NCBI GenBank assembly: GCA_050739815.1
Contig: JBOICE010000063.1
Location: forward strand, 1-52,153
From: Pseudomonas sp.
GTDB taxonomy: Bacteria; Pseudomonadota; Gammaproteobacteria; Pseudomonadales; Pseudomonadaceae
Direction: 5' to 3'
Length of the DNA: 52,153 nt
The position numbers were made by a program, and so were the translations under genes. The notes below the pieces were generated by a model. It saw nothing but the letters and a program-made list of their open reading frames with translations. It made no database searches and was not told the origin of the DNA. Position 1 is the stretch's first letter, and the number at the start of each line of letters is the position of its first letter. Shown here piece by piece: positions 47,208-52,153 of this stretch.

Positions 47208-47241
47208 GGTGGGTTAGGACCAGCGCCCTGACCCACCCTAC
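47208..47241 (-). repeat. Single GTAG-family REP
   Basis: Minus strand GTAG-GGTGGGTCAGG-gcgctggt-CCTAACCCACC. Confidence 0.65.
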
Positions 47242-47441
47242 GAATTCGCCCAGATCACCAACAGCCCAACCCACGCTAGGGTGATCAGGAAACCCAACAG
47301 CGCCACCAACTGATCATTCCCGCCTGACTTCTTTGGGTCATAACGTCCGAGCGACAGCAGGCGCAACGCCCAACGCCCAAGCTGATAGAAGATCACCTCA
47401 ACCAGAACATCGCCGACAAAGCTCAGCAGCCCATCGAGCAC
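47238..47441 (-). CDS. Small hypothetical membrane protein (67 aa)
   Basis: GTG 1 nt after the tldD stop; MLDGLLSFVGDVLVEVIFYQLGRWALRLLSLGRYDPKKSGGNDQLVALLGFLITLAWVGLLVIWANS, with two hydrophobic segments. Confidence 0.6.
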   Translation of the reverse strand: MLDGLLSFVGDVLVEVIFYQLGRWALRLLSLGRYDPKKSGGNDQLVALLGFLITLAWVGLLVIWANS

Positions 47442-47442
47442 G

Positions 47443-48885
47443 TTAGGCCCCAGTCCCGCCCACGGTAATCGCATCGATTTTCAGCGTCGGCTGACCCACG
47501 CCGACCGGCACCGATTGACCATCTTTACCGCAGGTGCCAACACCGCTGTCCAGTGCCAGATCGTTGCCGACCATCGACACCCGGCCCATGGCTTCCGGGC
47601 CGTTACCAATCAAGGTGGCGCCCTTGACCGGGGCAGTGATCTTGCCATCTTCGATCAAGTAAGCCTCGCTGGTGGAGAACACGAACTTGCCGCTGGTGAT
47701 ATCGACCTGACCGCCGCCAAGGTTGGCGCAGTAAATGCCCCTCTTCACCGAGGCGATGATCTCTTCGGGATCGCTCTCGCCGGCCAACATATAGGTATTA
47801 GTCATCCGCGGCATCGGTAGATGCGCGTACGACTCACGCCGGCCATTGCCAGTCGCGGCCACGCCCATCAGACGCGCGTTCAGCTTGTCCTGCATATAGC
47901 CCTTGAGCACACCGTTTTCGATCAGCGTGGTGCACTGGGTGGGCGTGCCTTCGTCGTCCAAGCTCAGCGATCCGCGGCGCCCCGCCAGGGTGCCGTCATC
48001 GACTATGGTGCAGAGGCTGGAGGCCACTTGCTCGCCCACGCGCCCGCTATAGGCCGAACTGCCCTTGCGGTTGAAGTCGCCCTCCAGGCCATGGCCGACC
48101 GCTTCATGCAGCAGCACGCCAGACCAGCCAGCGCCCATCACCACCGGGAAAGTGCCGGCCGGTGCCGGGATGGCTTCCAGATTGACCAACGCCTGACGCA
48201 AGGCCTCGCGGGCATAACCCATGGCACGGTCTTCGTTCAGGAAATAGCGGTAATCCGAACGACCGCCGCCACCATGGCCACCACGCTCGCGGCGACCATT
48301 CTGCTCGACGATCACACTGACATTGAAGCGCACCAACGGCCGCACATCGGCGCCGAGACTGCCATCATTGGCGGCTACCAGGATCCGCTCCCAGACGCCC
48401 GCCAGGCTAACCGTAACTTGTTTGATCCGCGGGTCCAGCGCCCGCGTAGCGACATCCACCCGCTTGAGCAACTCGACTTTCTCCGCTCGGCTGAGCACTT
48501 CCAGCGGGTTCTCCGGTGCATACAGGCGTGCAACTTGCGGGCTGGCAAAAGCTTGCACACGGCCGCGCTGACCGGCGCGGGCAATCGAGCGAGCGGCACG
48601 GGCAGCCTGGCTCAAGGCCTCGGCAGTGATCGCATTGCTATAGGCAAAACCGGTTTTCTCGCCGGACTGCGCGCGCACGCCAACGCCCTGATCCAGATTG
48701 AAACTCCCTTCCTTGACGATGCCATCTTCCAGCACCCAGGTCTCCGAGACTTGACCATGGAAATACAAATCCGCCGCATCAATCCCTGGGCCCGCCAACT
48801 CACCCAGCACCGCGGGCAGGCTCTCGAGACTCAAACCGCCAGGCCCCAACAGGTGCTCACTGACGGATATCAACAACTCACTCAT
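47443..48885 (-). CDS. tldD: Metalloprotease TldD
   Basis: [29 protein letters not shown]. Confidence 0.96.
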   Translation of the reverse strand: MSELLISVSEHLLGPGGLSLESLPAVLGELAGPGIDAADLYFHGQVSETWVLEDGIVKEGSFNLDQGVGVRAQSGEKTGFAYSNAITAEALSQAARAARSIARAGQRGRVQAFASPQVARLYAPENPLEVLSRAEKVELLKRVDVATRALDPRIKQVTVSLAGVWERILVAANDGSLGADVRPLVRFNVSVIVEQNGRRERGGHGGGGRSDYRYFLNEDRAMGYAREALRQALVNLEAIPAPAGTFPVVMGAGWSGVLLHEAVGHGLEGDFNRKGSSAYSGRVGEQVASSLCTIVDDGTLAGRRGSLSLDDEGTPTQCTTLIENGVLKGYMQDKLNARLMGVAATGNGRRESYAHLPMPRMTNTYMLAGESDPEEIIASVKRGIYCANLGGGQVDITSGKFVFSTSEAYLIEDGKITAPVKGATLIGNGPEAMGRVSMVGNDLALDSGVGTCGKDGQSVPVGVGQPTLKIDAITVGGTGA

Positions 48886-48911
48886 AGTCACTCCAGAGGC
48901 TCTGAAAGCCT

Positions 48912-49751
48912 TTAGGCCGGCCGTACAACGGACGACACAGAAAATCGGCGGTGGCTGTACACCGGCATACGTTGGCGGATCGCCGCCTGCTCCGCGGCAT
49001 CGCGACTGGCCAAGAGCAGCGCTTCGCCTTGGGCCTGCTCGACCAACACTCGCCCCCAGGGGTCGATAATGGCCGAATGGCCAAATGTCTCGCGTCCTTT
49101 CGGATGGCTGCCGCCTTGACCTGCGGCCAACAGGTAACACTGGGTCTCGATGGCCCGCGCGCGTACCAGAACCTGCCAATGCGCAGCGCCAGTCACCGCA
49201 GTAAACGCCGAAGGCGCGCTGATCAACTCAGCCCCGGCCTCCCGCAGCGCGCCATACAACTCGGGGAAGCGCAGGTCGTAGCACACCGTCAGCCCCAAGC
49301 GCCCCACCGGAGTATCCGCCACCACAAGCTGCGAACCCTGGGCGTAGTCGTCGGACTCGCGGTAACGACCACGGCTGTCGGCTACATCCACATCAAACAG
49401 ATGCAGCTTGTCGTAACGCGCCACCCGCTCGCCGTGCTCATCGATCAGCAACGAACAGGCATGCGCCTTGGCCTCAGGCTGACCGTCGGGCGGCAGCGGC
49501 AAAGTGCCGGCCACTATCCATAACTTGAGGGCTCTGGCGGTCTGTTTCAACCAGGGCAGGATCGGCCCCTCCCCCAGAGCCTCAGCCCGCCCGAGGGCAG
49601 CCAGGTCACGCCGACCCATAGCGGCAAAGTTTTCAGGCAGCACCGCAAGCCGCGCACCACTGGCGGCAGCTTGTTCGAGCAGGCGACGGGCATCGGCCAG
49701 GTTAGCCAGCACATCGTCCTGGCTAACCATCTGAATCACGGCGAGGGACAT
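48912..49751 (-). CDS. Carbon-nitrogen hydrolase (Nit1/deaminated-glutathione amidase-like)
   Basis: E-K-C triad: [22 protein letters not shown]. Confidence 0.92.
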   Translation of the reverse strand: MSLAVIQMVSQDDVLANLADARRLLEQAAASGARLAVLPENFAAMGRRDLAALGRAEALGEGPILPWLKQTARALKLWIVAGTLPLPPDGQPEAKAHACSLLIDEHGERVARYDKLHLFDVDVADSRGRYRESDDYAQGSQLVVADTPVGRLGLTVCYDLRFPELYGALREAGAELISAPSAFTAVTGAAHWQVLVRARAIETQCYLLAAGQGGSHPKGRETFGHSAIIDPWGRVLVEQAQGEALLLASRDAAEQAAIRQRMPVYSHRRFSVSSVVRPA

Positions 49752-49806
49752 ACCGCGCTCCCAAAAAGACATAGCCGCATGCTACTCCATGCAACGAGTC
49801 GCGGCG

Positions 49807-52153
49807 CTAACGAGGTTTTTCAAAAGGTTTGTCGAAGCTGATTTTCGGATCTTGCCAGCGGCCCTTCACGCTGTACTGCACGCTGGCGAAACGCGCCACC
49901 TGCTTGCCCAGCAGCTTGTCGACCACGAACAAAGCCCCACCGATAGCCGGTGCGCCGACGATCAAGGCGGCCAGCGGCAAGTTGTTACTCAACGGTAGCG
50001 TCACCAGCAACTTGGCATCGACCCGATCACTGGCCATGTCCAAGGTGCCATTCAGCTCGAGGTTACTCGACGGCCCGCTCAGGGTAATCGGCTTACGCGT
50101 TACGTAGACACCATTGGTGGCCACCAACAGGCCTTTGACCCGGTCGTAACTCAGCCCTTTGTCGAGCAGATCGGAGAAATCCAGGCGCAGGCGTCGACCG
50201 ATCGAGTTGAAGTTGAGCAAGCCAAAAACCCTTAGCGCCGCGGCCGAACCTTGCGCCTCGACAAACTGACCCTTACGCAGGCTGGCATCGAGTTCACCCG
50301 ACAAACGCTTGAGGCTGACCCAAGCCGGCGAGCCCGGCCAACGGCCATCGACATCCAGATGGAAGCTTTCGCTGGTAGCAGTCGGGGCGAAATTCCAGGC
50401 GAGCAGCACATCGGCCAAATTCTTGCCCTCCAGCCGGCCTTTGTACCAACTGCTGCTAGCGCCAGGCGCGCCGTCCCAGCCGGCAGTACCGCTAAGCTGC
50501 AAGCCCTTGAGGCCAAGATTCAATTCACTGAACGTCACCCCATCGGCATTCGGTCGCGCTTTCAGCGACCAAGCCCCCAGTACGCTGTCACCCTGAAAGA
50601 CTTGGGCGATCTGAATATCCAGCGCCGGAATCTGCCGCGGATCAACCGTCGCGAGCGGGTCCGGCCCATCGGGCTCAGTTTGCGACTTGGCCGCGCTGGC
50701 AGGGAAGCGCAAATGTTCGAGGTTGACCGTAATGGCCGCCGTACTGACATCCGGCAAACCGATCCGGCCTTTGAGCAGGCTGCTATCGAGGTCCAATACC
50801 CAACCGGCGTTGGCGCGGCTCAACTGCACGCTCAAATCCGCCAGCGCGGTACCGAAACCATGGAAGCTATCGATCTGCAGTTCTGCACTGCCAAGCAACT
50901 GCTTGGCGCCATCAGTCTGGCCAGCCGCATAACGCTTAGCCACCGCCTGCCATGCATCCCAATCCAGCTCACTCAAGCTACCGCGCACGCGCAACCCTTT
51001 GGCGCTCGGCAAACTGGACGATTCCTGGCCCAACCGCAGCTCGCCGCGGCCATCGGCAAGCCGGCCAACCGGCGCCGCCACGGTCAGGCTGGCCAACTTG
51101 GCATAGTCCAGCCAGTAACGCCGCTCCGCCCCCTGCAAGGTCATGCGCCATTCGGTTGGGCGCTCATCGGCGGCCGCTTTACCAAAGGGTGCCGGCAGAT
51201 CGATCGCCAGCCCCTTCAGATTGGAGTCGATGCGCAGCTGGCTGTCGGCACCAGCCAAGGTCAGCTTCAGTTGATAAGGCAGTTCGCCGGACAGCGGCAG
51301 TGGCTGAGTCACGCCCAGCCAGTCGGTCAGGCTTTTCAGCGCTATTTGTCCCCCGGCCTCGATCCGCGTCAGTGCCTGACCGCGCACGCCATCGGCGATG
51401 GCCTTGCCCCGAACCGCTCGCCCAAAGACCTGAGCGCGGATATCCGGGGCACTCAGGCCTCTGGCCGTATCGAAGCGGAACGCGCCTTTCAGTTGAGTCA
51501 AGTCAAGGTTCTGATTAGCCAGCTTGAGGCGCGCACCGTCGGCCACAAAATCGACCAGCACGTTAGGAGGCAAGCCATGGCTCAGTGGAATATCCAAGTT
51601 GAGCTTGCCAGTGAGCGCTCCCTCGCCCTGCCAACCGGCAAAAGTTTCGGCGGTACCCAGCGGCGTGTTCTGAAGGATCTTCAGTGCATCGACAACACCG
51701 CTCTGCACATCCCCAGTCAGCAGCAAACGCGGCGCCTGCCCGGTGGCAACATGCGCAATGTCGACGTTGACAGCACTCACGGTGCTGTCGAGCAAACGCC
51801 CTTCTGGCACCCGCACGCGCACCCCACTGTCCTCGATAAACACATCACCGCGCGCTCCGCGCAATGCTGGCCAGCCGGGCTGAAAGGCCAACTCAGCGTC
51901 ATGCACTTTGAAAAACAGACTGAGGCTGCGTGCCGCATCTTCCGCGCCCTTATTCAGCGAGCCCTGATACTGAAAATAGCCCTCATCGATGGCACCGGCT
52001 CGAATTGCCGTCTTCAACCAATTGGCCAGCTCCGGGCTGAGCCCATCGGCCAGCGTCGGCAGGTATTTCTCGGTGTAGTGCGCATCGCCCTCGCGCAGAC
52101 CGACCCGCAGATCCATATAGTCCTCGGTGCCGGGATCGCGCATCAGGCGGATC
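49807..52153 (-). CDS. yhdP: AsmA-family intermembrane lipid bridge YhdP, 3' part (starts outside window)
   Basis: Long open beta-rich frame; RRLRLDFSDL and YSVKGRWQDP C-terminal motifs; upstream of nit-tldD. Confidence 0.9.
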   Translation of the reverse strand, partial: IRLMRDPGTEDYMDLRVGLREGDAHYTEKYLPTLADGLSPELANWLKTAIRAGAIDEGYFQYQGSLNKGAEDAARSLSLFFKVHDAELAFQPGWPALRGARGDVFIEDSGVRVRVPEGRLLDSTVSAVNVDIAHVATGQAPRLLLTGDVQSGVVDALKILQNTPLGTAETFAGWQGEGALTGKLNLDIPLSHGLPPNVLVDFVADGARLKLANQNLDLTQLKGAFRFDTARGLSAPDIRAQVFGRAVRGKAIADGVRGQALTRIEAGGQIALKSLTDWLGVTQPLPLSGELPYQLKLTLAGADSQLRIDSNLKGLAIDLPAPFGKAAADERPTEWRMTLQGAERRYWLDYAKLASLTVAAPVGRLADGRGELRLGQESSSLPSAKGLRVRGSLSELDWDAWQAVAKRYAAGQTDGAKQLLGSAELQIDSFHGFGTALADLSVQLSRANAGWVLDLDSSLLKGRIGLPDVSTAAITVNLEHLRFPASAAKSQTEPDGPDPLATVDPRQIPALDIQIAQVFQGDSVLGAWSLKARPNADGVTFSELNLGLKGLQLSGTAGWDGAPGASSSWYKGRLEGKNLADVLLAWNFAPTATSESFHLDVDGRWPGSPAWVSLKRLSGELDASLRKGQFVEAQGSAAALRVFGLLNFNSIGRRLRLDFSDLLDKGLSYDRVKGLLVATNGVYVTRKPITLSGPSSNLELNGTLDMASDRVDAKLLVTLPLSNNLPLAALIVGAPAIGGALFVVDKLLGKQVARFASVQYSVKGRWQDPKISFDKPFEKPR

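Overview
This is a GC-rich (~60%) core-chromosome window of a Pseudomonas-like gammaproteobacterium with a largely canonical gene order. It runs from the start of the dcw cluster (murF partial, murE, ftsI, ftsL, rsmH, mraZ) through rnpB, rsmI, lpoA-yraN-gmhA-BON, sspBA, petCBA, rpsI-rplM, tas, an acyl-CoA dehydrogenase with a GlxA regulator, one accessory secreted TPR-like gene, zapE, trpS, an alpha/beta hydrolase, yhcB, cysNC-cysD, nif3, algW, hisCDG, murA, ibaG, mlaBCDEF, kdsDC-lptCAB, rpoN-hpf-ptsN-rapZ-ptsO, pmbA, yjgA, tldD and a nitrilase, ending in a partial yhdP. I see no transposase, integrase, prophage, CRISPR array, tRNA or rRNA, and no convincing novel multi-gene system. The most interesting signals are small. 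Two divergent copies of a ~140-165 nt structured MITE-like element each sit between a stop codon and a terminator. The rplM upstream region has competing helices. TrpRS carries a YegP/DUF1508-like C-terminal appendage. A RegR/RoxR-type box lies upstream of petABC. A repeat insertion appears to have clipped the end of hisG. There are two accessory ORFs of unknown function. All protein calls come from motif recognition and synteny, not database searches.
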